From: an uncultured Veillonellaceae bacterium
GTDB lineage: Bacteria; Bacillota; Negativicutes; JARBTT01
DNA: 64,000 nucleotides
Direction: 5' to 3'
Assembly (NCBI GenBank): GCA_963805085.1
Contig: CAWDTA010000005.1
Location: 128,001 to 192,000 of the forward strand
The notes below the pieces were generated by a model. That model did not search any database, had not been told where the DNA came from, and saw nothing but the letters and a program-made list of their open reading frames with translations. Both the position numbers and the translations under genes were made by a program. The first letter of the stretch is position 1. Every line of letters begins with the position of its first letter. Below are positions 9,620-20,369 of the stretch, in pieces.

Positions 9620-9848
9620 TTGGTTTAGTTCAAAAAAATTAACATAAAATGGTATTTGGTTTAGCATACATAAAAAATCGGTAACGCAATTTTGCGTTAC
9701 CGATTTTTGGCTCTATATCAATACTTATAGAAGAACACAAGGCAATATCTTTTGTGTTAAACAGCTTTATAACTGCCCTGAAATGACTTATATTCTTATA
9801 TATGTTACAATTTTAAGATATAATATTTTGATAGAAGGTTTTATTTTT

Positions 9849-10538
9849 ATGTCTACAACGAAGCGTTATTTATTATTCATCTGCGGAATTTTTTTTATGT
9901 CTCTAGGTATTTCCTGCGTCATTAAAAGCACGCTTGGTACATCACCGATCTCTAGCATACCTTATGTTCTCAGTTTCTGTTATCCTATTTCTCTCGGAGG
10001 TGTTACCTTTATTGTCAATATGATCTTCCTACTTGGACAAATTGTCATTTTACAGCGACAATTCCAATACATTCAATTATTGCAGGTTCCCATGACAGCC
10101 ATCTTCAGTGTTTTCATTGACATGACGATGAACTTACTCAGTGCTGTTGCACCAGAAATGTATATCGGTAAAATGGTCACGATGTTCGTAGGAGCAGGTT
10201 GTGTGGCTCTAGGCGTTGCCTTGCAAATCATCGGCAATGTTGTCACTTTGGCCGGTGAGGGTATTGTCAATGCCATTGCTACTCATTGGCATTTCGACTT
10301 TGGAAATACCAAGACATGCTTTGACACAGCCCTTGTCATTGGCGCCTGCATTATATCATGGATTTACTTTGGTGAAATCCGTGGTGTTCGCGAAGGAACC
10401 TTAATTTCAGCCATTATCACTGGCTCTATCGCCCGATTCTTCATTCAAAGATTGAGCTATGTAGACGAAAATGGCAGCATCATCTTTCGTTTGTCTTTCA
10501 CAAAGGTTGTTGAGAATACCTGGAAAAATAATAAGTAA
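9849..10538 (+). CDS. YczE/YitT-like membrane protein
   Basis: LGTSPISSIPY and GVREGTLISA motifs, hydrophobic. Confidence 0.8.
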   Translation: MSTTKRYLLFICGIFFMSLGISCVIKSTLGTSPISSIPYVLSFCYPISLGGVTFIVNMIFLLGQIVILQRQFQYIQLLQVPMTAIFSVFIDMTMNLLSAVAPEMYIGKMVTMFVGAGCVALGVALQIIGNVVTLAGEGIVNAIATHWHFDFGNTKTCFDTALVIGACIISWIYFGEIRGVREGTLISAIITGSIARFFIQRLSYVDENGSIIFRLSFTKVVENTWKNNK

Positions 10539-10694
10539 TAAAAATTCCGTAGAGCTGAAATTTTGGTTCTAGTCCATTACTACAAATTGAATATAATGAA
10601 AAAGAAGCATAATAAGAATTTCTTTTAAAATTTCGTTTGGCAAATTTATTTTAAATAGAAACTTTACAGTATGCTTCTTTTTTATTCTTTTCCT

Positions 10695-12176
10695 TTATAT
10701 ATCACTTTTTTCTACAGCATCAAACACTGCAAGGGTTTGTTTGTCTGGTTCTGCATCATTTTTACTTACCAAGTAGATGGAAAGTAGGGAAAGAATAAAA
10801 CCAGGTACTATTTCATATAGACCAAACCATGCGAATTGTTTCCAAATCAGAACGGTGACACCACCAACGATAACTCCAGTTAAAACTCCATTGCGTGTCG
10901 TTCTCCGCCAGTAAAGGGAAAGTAAGATTGCTGGACCAAAAGCAGCACCGAACCCTGCCCAAGCGTAGGCTACCATGTCAAGTATGAGACTGTTAGGATT
11001 CATACCAATGATAATCGCGATTGTTGAAACAACGATAACGGCAGCCCGACTGGTCCAAACAAGTTCTTTATCTGAAGCAGTTTTATGAATAACAGATTTG
11101 TAAAAATCTTGTGAAAAGGCAGAAGCGGCAACGAGTAATTGCGAAGAAGCGGTGCTCATAATGGCCGCTAAGACTGCCGAAAGAATTAACCCACCAACGA
11201 ATGGTGAGAAAATCTCATTTGTCATAACTAGGAATACTGTTTCTACATCAGAGCCAGTGAGTTCTGTAGTTAAAAAAACTTTACCAACCATACCAAGAAT
11301 AACGGAAGCGGCGAGTGAAATGATAACCCAAGTCATCGCAATTTTTGTTGCTCGTTTAATTTCATTGGAAGATTTACTGGCCATAAAACGAACTAAAATA
11401 TGTGGTTGACCAAAGTAACCAAGTCCCCAAGCGAGTAGCGAAATAATTTCAATAAAGCTAAAAAGACTACCGTCTGCTTTTGAAAATGGATTGAAATATT
11501 CAGGGTTTATCATGTAAAGGGCCGTAAAAGTTGGTGTAATTCCGCCTAGTATATAGGCACCGAATAAAGGAACTGCAATAATTGCAAAAAACATCATGAC
11601 GCCCTGGATAAAATCGGTCCAACATACTGCTAGAAAACCACCGACAAAGGTGTAGAAAACCACAACTAAAGCCCCTAAAATTAAGGCATATTCATAAGGA
11701 ATACCAAAAACCGTATTGAATAGTTTACCGCCGGCAACAAAGCCTGAGGAAGTGTAAATGATAAAAAAGATAAGAATAAATACCGCGGAGATGATTCTAA
11801 GTAGATTTGATGTATCATGAAAACGATTCTGGAAATAGTCAGGCATCGTCAAAGAATCATTGGCAATTTCGGTATAACGACGAAATCTAGTAGCAATAAA
11901 GCGCCAGTTAGCATAGGTCCCTAGAGCAAGGCCAAGGGCAATCCAAGCGGCGCCAAGGCCAGTCACATAAGCGTAGCCTGGTAAACCCATAAGCATCCAG
12001 CCACTCATGTCTGAAGCTTCGGCACTTAAGGATGTTACCCAGGCACCAAGCTGACGATCGCCTAATATGTAATCTGACATGTTTTTTGTACGATTATAAA
12101 AGTAAAGACCAATGACCATCATTAAGGCAAGATAAAGTACAATTGCCAATATGACATAAAAATTTTCGGTTAACAT
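10695..12176 (-). CDS. putP: Sodium/proline symporter
   Basis: SAEASDMSGWMLMGLPG, WGLGYFGQPHILVRFM, AWAGFGAAFGP, LYEIVPGF. Confidence 0.94.
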   Translation of the reverse strand: MLTENFYVILAIVLYLALMMVIGLYFYNRTKNMSDYILGDRQLGAWVTSLSAEASDMSGWMLMGLPGYAYVTGLGAAWIALGLALGTYANWRFIATRFRRYTEIANDSLTMPDYFQNRFHDTSNLLRIISAVFILIFFIIYTSSGFVAGGKLFNTVFGIPYEYALILGALVVVFYTFVGGFLAVCWTDFIQGVMMFFAIIAVPLFGAYILGGITPTFTALYMINPEYFNPFSKADGSLFSFIEIISLLAWGLGYFGQPHILVRFMASKSSNEIKRATKIAMTWVIISLAASVILGMVGKVFLTTELTGSDVETVFLVMTNEIFSPFVGGLILSAVLAAIMSTASSQLLVAASAFSQDFYKSVIHKTASDKELVWTSRAAVIVVSTIAIIIGMNPNSLILDMVAYAWAGFGAAFGPAILLSLYWRRTTRNGVLTGVIVGGVTVLIWKQFAWFGLYEIVPGFILSLLSIYLVSKNDAEPDKQTLAVFDAVEKSDI

Positions 12177-12362
12177 AAAAAATAATTCCCCCATAAATTA
12201 AGATAGTACATATTATACATATAAATAGGTGAAAAATGCAAAAAAAACTTTATCGCGGGCGAAATATGTGCAAGTGGAAAACCCTGGTGGCTAAGACCTA
12301 GAATATAAGCTATAATACTATTGTATGTATAATAGGCAAATTCGAGAGGAAGTGCTTCAAAG

Positions 12363-13745
12363 GTGGAGAACAAATTTGATGTAGCGATCATAGGAAGCGG
12401 CCCGGCAGGGATTTTTGCAGCTTATGAATTCGTGCTTAAGAAACCAGAATTGAAAGTAGCGTTGATTGAAGCAGGCAAAGATATATACAAACGAAAATGC
12501 CCGATTGCCGAGAAAAAAGTGGACCATTGTATTAATTGTAAGCCTTGTAGCATTATGCGAGGTTTCGGTGGCGCAGGGGCTTTTTCTGACGGTAAATATA
12601 ATTTTACCGCTCAATTTGGCGGTTGGCTGAACGAATATTTATCCGATGAGCAAGTACTCGCGCTCATTGATTATGTCGATCAAATCAATATGCAATATGG
12701 TGCGCCAACAGAGGTATTTAGTACAGAAAATAGTTTGATTGGTAAAAAAGCGATTGGTGTCGGATTACATTTGCTTGATGCGAAAGTAAGGCATCTCGGT
12801 ACAGAAAATAATTTAAAAATGCTTAAGGCAATTTATGAATATTTAAAAACAAAAGTAACATTAATATTTGATACAACGGTTACAGATATCGTTAACGAGG
12901 GAAAAGGGTTTACGCTAGAATTAGAATCTGGCAGCCCAATAGAATCAGAGTATCTCATTGCTGCCCCTGGTAGGGCTGGCTCGGAGTGGTTTTCTAAGCA
13001 GTGTAAGACGCTTGGTCTAGAGCTTTTAAATAACCAAGTCGATGTTGGGGTGAGGTTAGAGATACCAGCCAATATCTTTGAGCATATTACCGATGAAGTC
13101 TATGAGGCAAAGCTCGTTTACCGTACCAAACAATACGGTGATTTAGTGCGTACGTTCTGCATGAATCCGAAAGGCTATGTTGTGGCGGAAAATACGGACG
13201 GTATTGTTACTGTCAATGGTCATAGTTTTCGTGATGAAAAATTGCATAGTAAGAATACAAACTTTGCGTTATTAGTAAGCAATAAATTTAATGAACCCTT
13301 TAATGAACCACATCAGTATGGAAAACGAATTGCTTCTTTTTCCAATATGCTAGGTGGTGGAGTACTTGTACAACGGTTTGGCGATTTAATCAAAGGCCGT
13401 CGCAGCAATGAACATCGCTTAGCGCAAAGTTTTACGAAGCCTACATTAAAGGCAACACCTGGTGATCTTAGCTTAGTACTACCAAAACGTCACTTAGATA
13501 ACATTATCGAAATGATTTATAAATTAGATAAAATTGCTCCAGGTATGGCAAATGACGATACGTTGCTTTATGGTGTTGAAGTGAAGTTTTACAGTTCAAG
13601 ATTAAGATTGACCAAACAACTCGAAACGAAAATTCCAAACTTTTTTGCAATTGGCGATGGTGCCGGGGTAACGAGGGGCTTATCACAAGCTGGAGCGAGT
13701 GGTGTTTATGTAGCGAGGACAATTTTAGAACGTCTCACAGTTTAA
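12363..13745 (+). CDS. Uncharacterised FAD-dependent oxidoreductase with N-terminal Cys cluster
   Basis: IIGSGPAG, CINCKPC, GFGGAGAFSDGK, RTFCMNP, IGDGAGVTRGL. Confidence 0.85.
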   Translation: MENKFDVAIIGSGPAGIFAAYEFVLKKPELKVALIEAGKDIYKRKCPIAEKKVDHCINCKPCSIMRGFGGAGAFSDGKYNFTAQFGGWLNEYLSDEQVLALIDYVDQINMQYGAPTEVFSTENSLIGKKAIGVGLHLLDAKVRHLGTENNLKMLKAIYEYLKTKVTLIFDTTVTDIVNEGKGFTLELESGSPIESEYLIAAPGRAGSEWFSKQCKTLGLELLNNQVDVGVRLEIPANIFEHITDEVYEAKLVYRTKQYGDLVRTFCMNPKGYVVAENTDGIVTVNGHSFRDEKLHSKNTNFALLVSNKFNEPFNEPHQYGKRIASFSNMLGGGVLVQRFGDLIKGRRSNEHRLAQSFTKPTLKATPGDLSLVLPKRHLDNIIEMIYKLDKIAPGMANDDTLLYGVEVKFYSSRLRLTKQLETKIPNFFAIGDGAGVTRGLSQAGASGVYVARTILERLTV

Positions 13746-13816
13746 CGATATACCATTGCATTTTCGAAGTTTGAAAAGTGGGAAAGAATTTGCTATTTGT
13801 AGCAGGTGGTGTAAGC

Positions 13817-14587
13817 ATGCGTTTAGAAGAAGTGGTCAATAAGTATTATAACCATCTGAATGAAAACGACTTATATATTTTGAAGGTAATTTGTGCGGAT
13901 AAAAAAGCCTGTGTCAACTTGTCAATCAATGAGTTAGCTGAGCGCTGTAATGTGTCTAGGACAACCATTCTGCGGTTTGCGCAGAAACTTGGCTTTTCCG
14001 GATATAGTGAGTTCAAGGTATTCTTAAGTTGGCAGGAGGATGAGGAACAGATGCCAGCGGAAAAAAACTATGTACAGTGTCTGTATGATGATATCGATGC
14101 CATCAGAAAAAATATGGGGACAATGGCAATGGAAGAAATATGCCAGATTTTGCATGATGCCAAGCGGGTCTTTGTTTATGGTACAGGGGCGGCGCAAAAG
14201 GAAATCGGCAAGGAGATGCAAAGGACGTTCTTGATTCTGCGGAAATACCTACATGTCATCGAAGGAGAGACTGAACTGGAAAATGTAATGGTGGATATGG
14301 ATTATGATGATGTTGTCATCATAATTTCTTGCTCAGGTAACCGCAGTTTTCTAAAGAATATTGTTCATACCCTCCAGATACATGGAGTCAAATATATGTC
14401 GATGACCAATCTCACCAATAATTTTTTAGCGCAAAATACAAAGTATAACCTTTATGTTCCATCCACCCTGTTGAAGGTTCCAACAGGGATACTCTATAAT
14501 TCTACAGCGTTATTTTTTATGATCGCGGATATCTTATTTCGGGAATATATAGCGTATGTGGAAAAACAAGTTTTAGTGGAGAAATAA
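13817..14587 (+). CDS. RpiR/MurR family regulator (GlvR-like), copy 1
   Basis: SINELAERCNVSRTTILRFAQKLGFSGYSEFK HTH plus SIS domain. Confidence 0.92.
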   Translation: MRLEEVVNKYYNHLNENDLYILKVICADKKACVNLSINELAERCNVSRTTILRFAQKLGFSGYSEFKVFLSWQEDEEQMPAEKNYVQCLYDDIDAIRKNMGTMAMEEICQILHDAKRVFVYGTGAAQKEIGKEMQRTFLILRKYLHVIEGETELENVMVDMDYDDVVIIISCSGNRSFLKNIVHTLQIHGVKYMSMTNLTNNFLAQNTKYNLYVPSTLLKVPTGILYNSTALFFMIADILFREYIAYVEKQVLVEK

Positions 14588-14637
14588 TATAGGCAAAAAT
14601 TCATTTTGACCAATGCAATTATTTGTAAAATAGGAGC

Positions 14638-15414
14638 TTGAAGATGAAATTAGAAGAACTGATTAACAAGCGTAAAGGGGCTTTGAACCAGACCGATATG
14701 GTCATATGGAAGTATATTTTTAATAATAAGCAAAAGTGTCGGCATATGTCGATTCATGATTTGGCCAAAGAATGTTGTGTATCGAGTACGACTGTGGTAA
14801 GGTTTGCCCAGAAACTATCACTTGACGGATTCAGTGAGCTCAAAGCTGTACTGAAGATGGAAGAGGAACAAAGTATTCACGAAGAACAGGATGTACTAGC
14901 GGCTATTACCAGTTTTTATCAGCATAGCTGGAAGGAAATCGTCAAACGTAATTTTGATGATGCAAGCAAACTTATGTATAGTGCCAAGCGGGTGTTTGCT
15001 TATGCTTCGGGATATGTACAAAGTAATGTTGTACAAGAAGTAAAAAGGCTTTTCTTTTTTGATGATGTATTGATTTATGAGGTGCGTGGACAAGAGGAGT
15101 TTCACTCATTGGTTAAAATGATGACACCAAATGATCTAGTTATTATGGTTTCTTTGAGTGGCGAGACACCAATGGCAGTGGAGTTTGCGCAAAAATTACA
15201 GTTGAAAGATGTGCCGCTGATATCGATTACACGCTTACATGACAATACATTGGCCGGACTCAGCACAGAAAATCTCTATGTGACACCGGCAACATTTCAA
15301 ATTTATGAGGCGGAAGAGGATAGGACACCATATCAATCGATGTTGCCGTATTTCCTTTTGATTGAGATATGGTACGTAAAGTATAAGTTATACCGCAATA
15401 ATAAAATAAAGTAG
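14638..15414 (+). CDS. RpiR/MurR family regulator, copy 2
   Basis: SIHDLAKECCVSSTTVVRFAQKLSLDGFSELK HTH; VSLSGET SIS motif. Confidence 0.92.
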   Translation: MKMKLEELINKRKGALNQTDMVIWKYIFNNKQKCRHMSIHDLAKECCVSSTTVVRFAQKLSLDGFSELKAVLKMEEEQSIHEEQDVLAAITSFYQHSWKEIVKRNFDDASKLMYSAKRVFAYASGYVQSNVVQEVKRLFFFDDVLIYEVRGQEEFHSLVKMMTPNDLVIMVSLSGETPMAVEFAQKLQLKDVPLISITRLHDNTLAGLSTENLYVTPATFQIYEAEEDRTPYQSMLPYFLLIEIWYVKYKLYRNNKIK

Positions 15415-15469
15415 CAAATGAGACTGTCTTGACGAAAGTTTAAGGCAGTTTTTGTATTTTTATCAGCAT

Positions 15470-15609
15470 GTACCAAAGTACATGAAATGTACTTTGGTAC
15501 GCATTTGTGTTACAGTGCCGTAATGTCTTGAACCTATTGAATGTGCGGAAATAAAAAGCTATTATAAAAATCAAGATATCTTGTATGACAGATTGAATAG
15601 TTCAATCTG
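15470..15609 (+). promoter_or_regulatory. Sigma-A promoter of the PTS operon flanked by two palindromes
   Basis: TTGAAT-N17-TATTAT at 15537-15565; palindromes gtaccaaagtacat-N3-atgtactttggtac (15470-15500) and cagattgaa-N3-ttcaatctg (15589-15609). Confidence 0.55.
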
Positions 15610-15759
15610 AAGAAAACTATATGTCATGACAAAATCTATTTACTGTAAAATTACTGAAACAGCATTTTACGTTTTTAGGTATCATTAAAGAATTCAAAAA
15701 ATTCTAACTTTTAAGAATTCGTTTACAAAGGAAAAAAAATATTTTATGGGGGTGGATTT

Positions 15760-17844
15760 ATGACAATCAACAAGGACGTTGTCATGCAAAATGTACAACG
15801 TTTCGGCGGAGCAATGTTTACACCAGTTATATTGTTTTCCTTTTTTGGAATTATGGTATCGTTATCGATTATTTTCAAAAACCCGGATATTGTTGGTAGT
15901 ATAGCAACAAAAGGGACGGCGTGGTACAACGTCTGGTATGTTATTGAACAGGGCGCATGGACAGTGTTTGCGCAAATGCCACTTTTATTTGCACTTTCTT
16001 TACCAATCGGTTTGGCGAAGAAAAATCAGGCAAGAGCCTGCATGGAATCATTTGTAATCTATGTTGTGTTTAATTATTTCGTTTCAGGGATTCTCACACT
16101 AGCAGGTCCATCGTTCGGTGTGGATTATAGCCTCAAAGCAGGCGGCGGTACAGGCCTAGCAATGATTGCGAATATCAAGACGCTTGACATTGGTATGCTT
16201 GGCGCTATCTTGATTTCAGGAATTACCGTATGGCTGCATAATCGTCTCTTTGATGTAGATCTTCCTGATTATCTCGGTATCTTCAAAGGGTCATCTCTCG
16301 TAGTTGCAGCTGGATTCTTTCTCATGTTGCCAGTTGCGTATCTTTTCTGCTTGGTATGGCCATCGGTACAGCACGCAATTGGAACTTTTCAGGAGTTTCT
16401 AAAAGCTAGTGATGCGCTAGGCGTATGGATGTATACTTTCTGCGAAAGAATTTTAATTCCAACAGGGCTACACCATTTTATTTACACGCCCTTTATTTTC
16501 GGACCAGCTATTGTTGATGGTGGTATTCAACAGTATTGGTTGCAACATTTGCAAGATTTTGCAACTTCGGCTCAGTCATTGAAAGAAATGTTCCCTGGTG
16601 CTGGTTTCTCATTACATGGTTCTTCCAAAATATTTGGTATCCCGGGGATTGCGCTTGCGATTTATGCTACGGCGAAGCCAGCAAAAAAGAAAGCTGTTGC
16701 TGGACTTTTGATTCCAGCTACGATTACGGCAGTGGTATGTGGGATTACAGAACCGCTTGAATTTACATTCCTGTTCGTCGCTCCGGTACTGTTTGCAGTA
16801 CATGCAATACTTGCTGCAACACTTGCTGCAACATTTTTCTTATTCGGAGTAGTCGGTTCTTTCGGTGGCGGGCTTATTGATGCCCTCGTGCAGAACTGGA
16901 TTCCATTATTTAAATATCATTCTGCAACTTATACTCTGCAAATTGTAGTTGGTCTTTGTTTTACCGCGATTTACTTCTTCGTGTTCCGTTATTTTATTGT
17001 GAAGAATGATTATAAAACCCCAGGCCGGACAGAAGATGATGCAGAAGATAAACTTTATTCCAAAGCTGAGTATAAAGCAAAAATAGCGATGGAAGGAACA
17101 ATGAATATTGATGAACGTGATATTAAGGCCGCGGTATTCCTTGAGGCTCTAGGCGGCAAGGCAAATATTAAGGATGTAACAAATTGCGCTACGCGTCTTC
17201 GTGTAACAGTCGTAGATGATTCGTTGATTAAAGGGGTAAGCACATTTACAAAGGCTGGTGCTCATGGCCTTGTAAAGAACGGTCATGCAGTGCAAGTGAT
17301 TGTTGGCTTATCCGTACCACAAGTGAGAGAGCGTTTTGAAGCATTGTTGCAAGATACATCAGACGCAGAAACTGCATCTGGTACAGATAAATCTACAACA
17401 TTGAAGGCATTTGTCAGTGGTAAAGTCATTCCGATTACGCAAGTTAAAGATGAAATGTTTTCACAAAAAATGATGGGCGATGGTATCGCTGTTTATCCAG
17501 AAAATGAAATAGTGACAGCACCAGCAGACGGTGAAATCACTATGGTAATGGATGAATCTGGTCATGCAGTCGGTATGCGTTTAATGAGCGGCGTCGAAGT
17601 CCTTATCCATATTGGTATTGATACGGTGAAAATGGAAGGGCGCGGGTTCAATGTACTTGTAAAACAGGGCCAAAAGGTAAGAGCTGGTCAAGCTCTTGTG
17701 AATTTTGATAAAAAACAAATTGAGAAAGAAGGTTATTCTTCTATTGTTATATTAGCTGTTACAAATTATACAGAATATCCGCTAATGAAACTGCATTCAG
17801 GTATGACAGCAAAAGCCGATGAAACAGTAATTGCAACATTCTAA
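15760..17844 (+). CDS. Alpha-glucoside/maltose PTS EIICBA (GlvC/AglA-like with fused EIIA)
   Basis: QRFGGAMFTPV, ERILIPTGLHHF, GITEPLEF, EIIB NCATRLR, EIIA FSQKMMGDG and IHIGIDTV. Confidence 0.93.
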   Translation: MTINKDVVMQNVQRFGGAMFTPVILFSFFGIMVSLSIIFKNPDIVGSIATKGTAWYNVWYVIEQGAWTVFAQMPLLFALSLPIGLAKKNQARACMESFVIYVVFNYFVSGILTLAGPSFGVDYSLKAGGGTGLAMIANIKTLDIGMLGAILISGITVWLHNRLFDVDLPDYLGIFKGSSLVVAAGFFLMLPVAYLFCLVWPSVQHAIGTFQEFLKASDALGVWMYTFCERILIPTGLHHFIYTPFIFGPAIVDGGIQQYWLQHLQDFATSAQSLKEMFPGAGFSLHGSSKIFGIPGIALAIYATAKPAKKKAVAGLLIPATITAVVCGITEPLEFTFLFVAPVLFAVHAILAATLAATFFLFGVVGSFGGGLIDALVQNWIPLFKYHSATYTLQIVVGLCFTAIYFFVFRYFIVKNDYKTPGRTEDDAEDKLYSKAEYKAKIAMEGTMNIDERDIKAAVFLEALGGKANIKDVTNCATRLRVTVVDDSLIKGVSTFTKAGAHGLVKNGHAVQVIVGLSVPQVRERFEALLQDTSDAETASGTDKSTTLKAFVSGKVIPITQVKDEMFSQKMMGDGIAVYPENEIVTAPADGEITMVMDESGHAVGMRLMSGVEVLIHIGIDTVKMEGRGFNVLVKQGQKVRAGQALVNFDKKQIEKEGYSSIVILAVTNYTEYPLMKLHSGMTAKADETVIATF

Positions 17845-17860
17845 GAAGGGGAAAGTCAAG

Positions 17861-19555
17861 ATGGACAATTTAACATGGTGGCAAAAAACGCTGGTATATC
17901 AGATTTATCCAAAGAGCTTCTGTGATAGTAATGGCGATGGTATTGGAGACTTGAATGGGATAACGCAAAAACTCGATTATATTCGTGCTTTAGGAGTAGG
18001 CGCGATCTGGCTAACACCAGTATATGTATCGCCAATGGTCGATAACGGCTATGATATTGCCGACTATCGCAACATTGCACCGGAGTACGGTACAATGTCA
18101 GATATGGAGACGCTCATTGGCGAAGCAAAGAAGCGAGGTATTCGCATTGTTATGGACTTGGTGTTCAACCATACCTCCAATCAGCACAGCTGGTTCAAGG
18201 AGTCAAGAGCAGATCACAGAAATTGTAAACGTAACTGGTATATATGGCGTGATGCCAAAACAGACGGAGCACCACCGACAAATTGGCGAGGCATCTTCGG
18301 CGGCTCGGCTTGGACTTTCGATGAGGTTACCAAACAATATTATTTACATACCTTTGCAAAGGAGCAGCCCGATTTAAATTGGGGAAATCCTGAAGTACGC
18401 AAAGCGTTATATGAGATAGCAAATTTCTGGCTGGATAAGGGAGTCGGCGGATTCCGTATTGATGCGATTACCTATATCAAGAAGCCAGAAGAATTTAAGG
18501 ATTTACCAGCCGATGGTCCAGATGGTATGAGTAATGTGCATGTTGCAACAGCAAATCAGCCGGGGATATTGGAATACTTACATGAATTTAAGCGAGAAGT
18601 TTTTGCAGGGAAAGATATGTTTACGGTGGCAGAGGCAAATGGTGTATCAGCTGAAGAGTTGCCACAATGGATAGGCAGGAATGGCGCCTTTGATATGCTG
18701 CTAGAGTTTAGCCATATGGACTTAGATATGGAAGCATCGAGCCTTTGGTGCCATCCAGTTACTTGGAAGTTGACACAGCTCAAAAAGGCGCTTAGTAATA
18801 GTCAGAGGGCAACGTCAGAAAACGGTTGGTATCCAGCATTTTTTGAAAATCATGACCAGCCGCGCTCGGTGAATAAATTTTTCTCGGATCATGCAGATCA
18901 AAAGCTAGCGGCAAAAGTACTGGCAACTGTGTTATTTACCTTGAAGGGAACGCCGTTTATCTATGAAGGAGAAGAACTCGGCATGACAAATACCAAATGG
19001 TCTTCCATTGAATGTTATGATGATATCGCTTCTAAAGGACAATATGTAATTGCTTTGCAGGAGGGATTCTCTAAAGAGCAAGCACTAGAATTTGTATGGA
19101 ATTACAGCAGGGACAATGCGCGGACGCCGATGCAGTGGACGAGCGAAAAAAACGCTGGATTTACGAGCGGCGAGCCGTGGCTGCCACTGAACGAAAAATA
19201 TCACGAGGTTAATGTAGGACAGCAAATCCAGAATGAAGATTCTGTACTGCGGTATTATCACCGTCTAGCAAAGCTTCGTCAAGAATATGATGTTTTGCTC
19301 AAGGGCAGTTATGAAGAACTGTTAGAAACAGATGAACAGATTTATGCTTATAGGCGTTTAATGCTTGAAAACAAAGTGATTGTTCTTTGCAATTTCTCTG
19401 GACGAGAGAAAGCGTACAGTTTACCAGAGCTTGAAGTCGATGGGAAGCTGTTGCTCAGCAATTATGGAGATGCACCAGATCAAGTTCTGCGTTCCTATGA
19501 AGCAAGGATATATCTCTGTGAAGGGAGGAATCCCCTTGAAGGTTGCAGCCAGTGA
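17861..19555 (+). CDS. GH13 oligo-1,6-glucosidase / alpha-glucosidase (cytoplasmic)
   Basis: YQIYPKSF, DNGYDI, DLVFNH, QPDLNW, GFRIDAI, ENHDQPR, RDNARTPMQW; no signal peptide. Confidence 0.93.
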   Translation: MDNLTWWQKTLVYQIYPKSFCDSNGDGIGDLNGITQKLDYIRALGVGAIWLTPVYVSPMVDNGYDIADYRNIAPEYGTMSDMETLIGEAKKRGIRIVMDLVFNHTSNQHSWFKESRADHRNCKRNWYIWRDAKTDGAPPTNWRGIFGGSAWTFDEVTKQYYLHTFAKEQPDLNWGNPEVRKALYEIANFWLDKGVGGFRIDAITYIKKPEEFKDLPADGPDGMSNVHVATANQPGILEYLHEFKREVFAGKDMFTVAEANGVSAEELPQWIGRNGAFDMLLEFSHMDLDMEASSLWCHPVTWKLTQLKKALSNSQRATSENGWYPAFFENHDQPRSVNKFFSDHADQKLAAKVLATVLFTLKGTPFIYEGEELGMTNTKWSSIECYDDIASKGQYVIALQEGFSKEQALEFVWNYSRDNARTPMQWTSEKNAGFTSGEPWLPLNEKYHEVNVGQQIQNEDSVLRYYHRLAKLRQEYDVLLKGSYEELLETDEQIYAYRRLMLENKVIVLCNFSGREKAYSLPELEVDGKLLLSNYGDAPDQVLRSYEARIYLCEGRNPLEGCSQ

Positions 19556-20318
19556 TTTTGACGGAACACTGTTTATCGATAATACAATTTGTCCAGAAAA
19601 TGTAGAGGGGGTTCGTAAGTGGCGGGCGGCTGGCAATAAGTTTGGCGTAGTCACAGGTCGTGATTACGGCATGCTAGTGCCACAGTTAGACTATTTTGGC
19701 ATAGGCTATGATTTTGCGGTATGCAATAATGGTGCGATCATTTTTGGTGAGGATGGTAAGGTACTTTATCAAGCTGAGATTCCAGAGCAAGCACTTTATG
19801 TAATTGCGACACATCCCTGTGTGACAGATAGCTTGCATGTTGCATTTTCACAGGCAGAACGTAGTTGTATTTACCGAGAAAGAGAAGGTTCTTGGTTGGT
19901 TCGTGAGGCAAAACAATGGCAATTTTTGTTGAAGATGATTGAGATTGCTGAAATCCATGAACTTAGTCGGGTGCATCAAATCGCATTGGGATTTGCTAGT
20001 CTGGACGGGGCGGCGGAAGCTGCCCGGCAAATCAATTTACTATTTGGTGATACGGTGTACGCCTGCCAGAATCGTGGCAGCGTAGACATTACACCAATTG
20101 GTATTGATAAGAGCAAAGGCATTGAGCAATTGTTAGAATTAAAAGCCTGGCAGGCTGCAGAGGTACATGTTATTGGTGATGAAATCAATGATTTACCAAT
20201 GATGCATAAGTTTAATGGCTATGCTGTCGAATCGGCAAGAGCGGTTATAAAAAGAGAAGCAAAGCGAAGTTTTGCTACGGTTGGCAGTATGCTACAAAAT
20301 AATTTACAGAACATTTAG
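19536..20318 (+). CDS. HAD-IIB (Cof-like) sugar phosphatase
   Basis: TTG after GGGAGG; SDFDGTL, VTGR, NNGA, DKSKG, IGDEIND; overlaps the GH13 stop. Confidence 0.9.
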   Translation: MKVAASDFDGTLFIDNTICPENVEGVRKWRAAGNKFGVVTGRDYGMLVPQLDYFGIGYDFAVCNNGAIIFGEDGKVLYQAEIPEQALYVIATHPCVTDSLHVAFSQAERSCIYREREGSWLVREAKQWQFLLKMIEIAEIHELSRVHQIALGFASLDGAAEAARQINLLFGDTVYACQNRGSVDITPIGIDKSKGIEQLLELKAWQAAEVHVIGDEINDLPMMHKFNGYAVESARAVIKREAKRSFATVGSMLQNNLQNI

Positions 20319-20369
20319 AATTTTAAGATTATTTTTAAAAAATAAAAAAGTAAAGGATGTTGGCATAGA

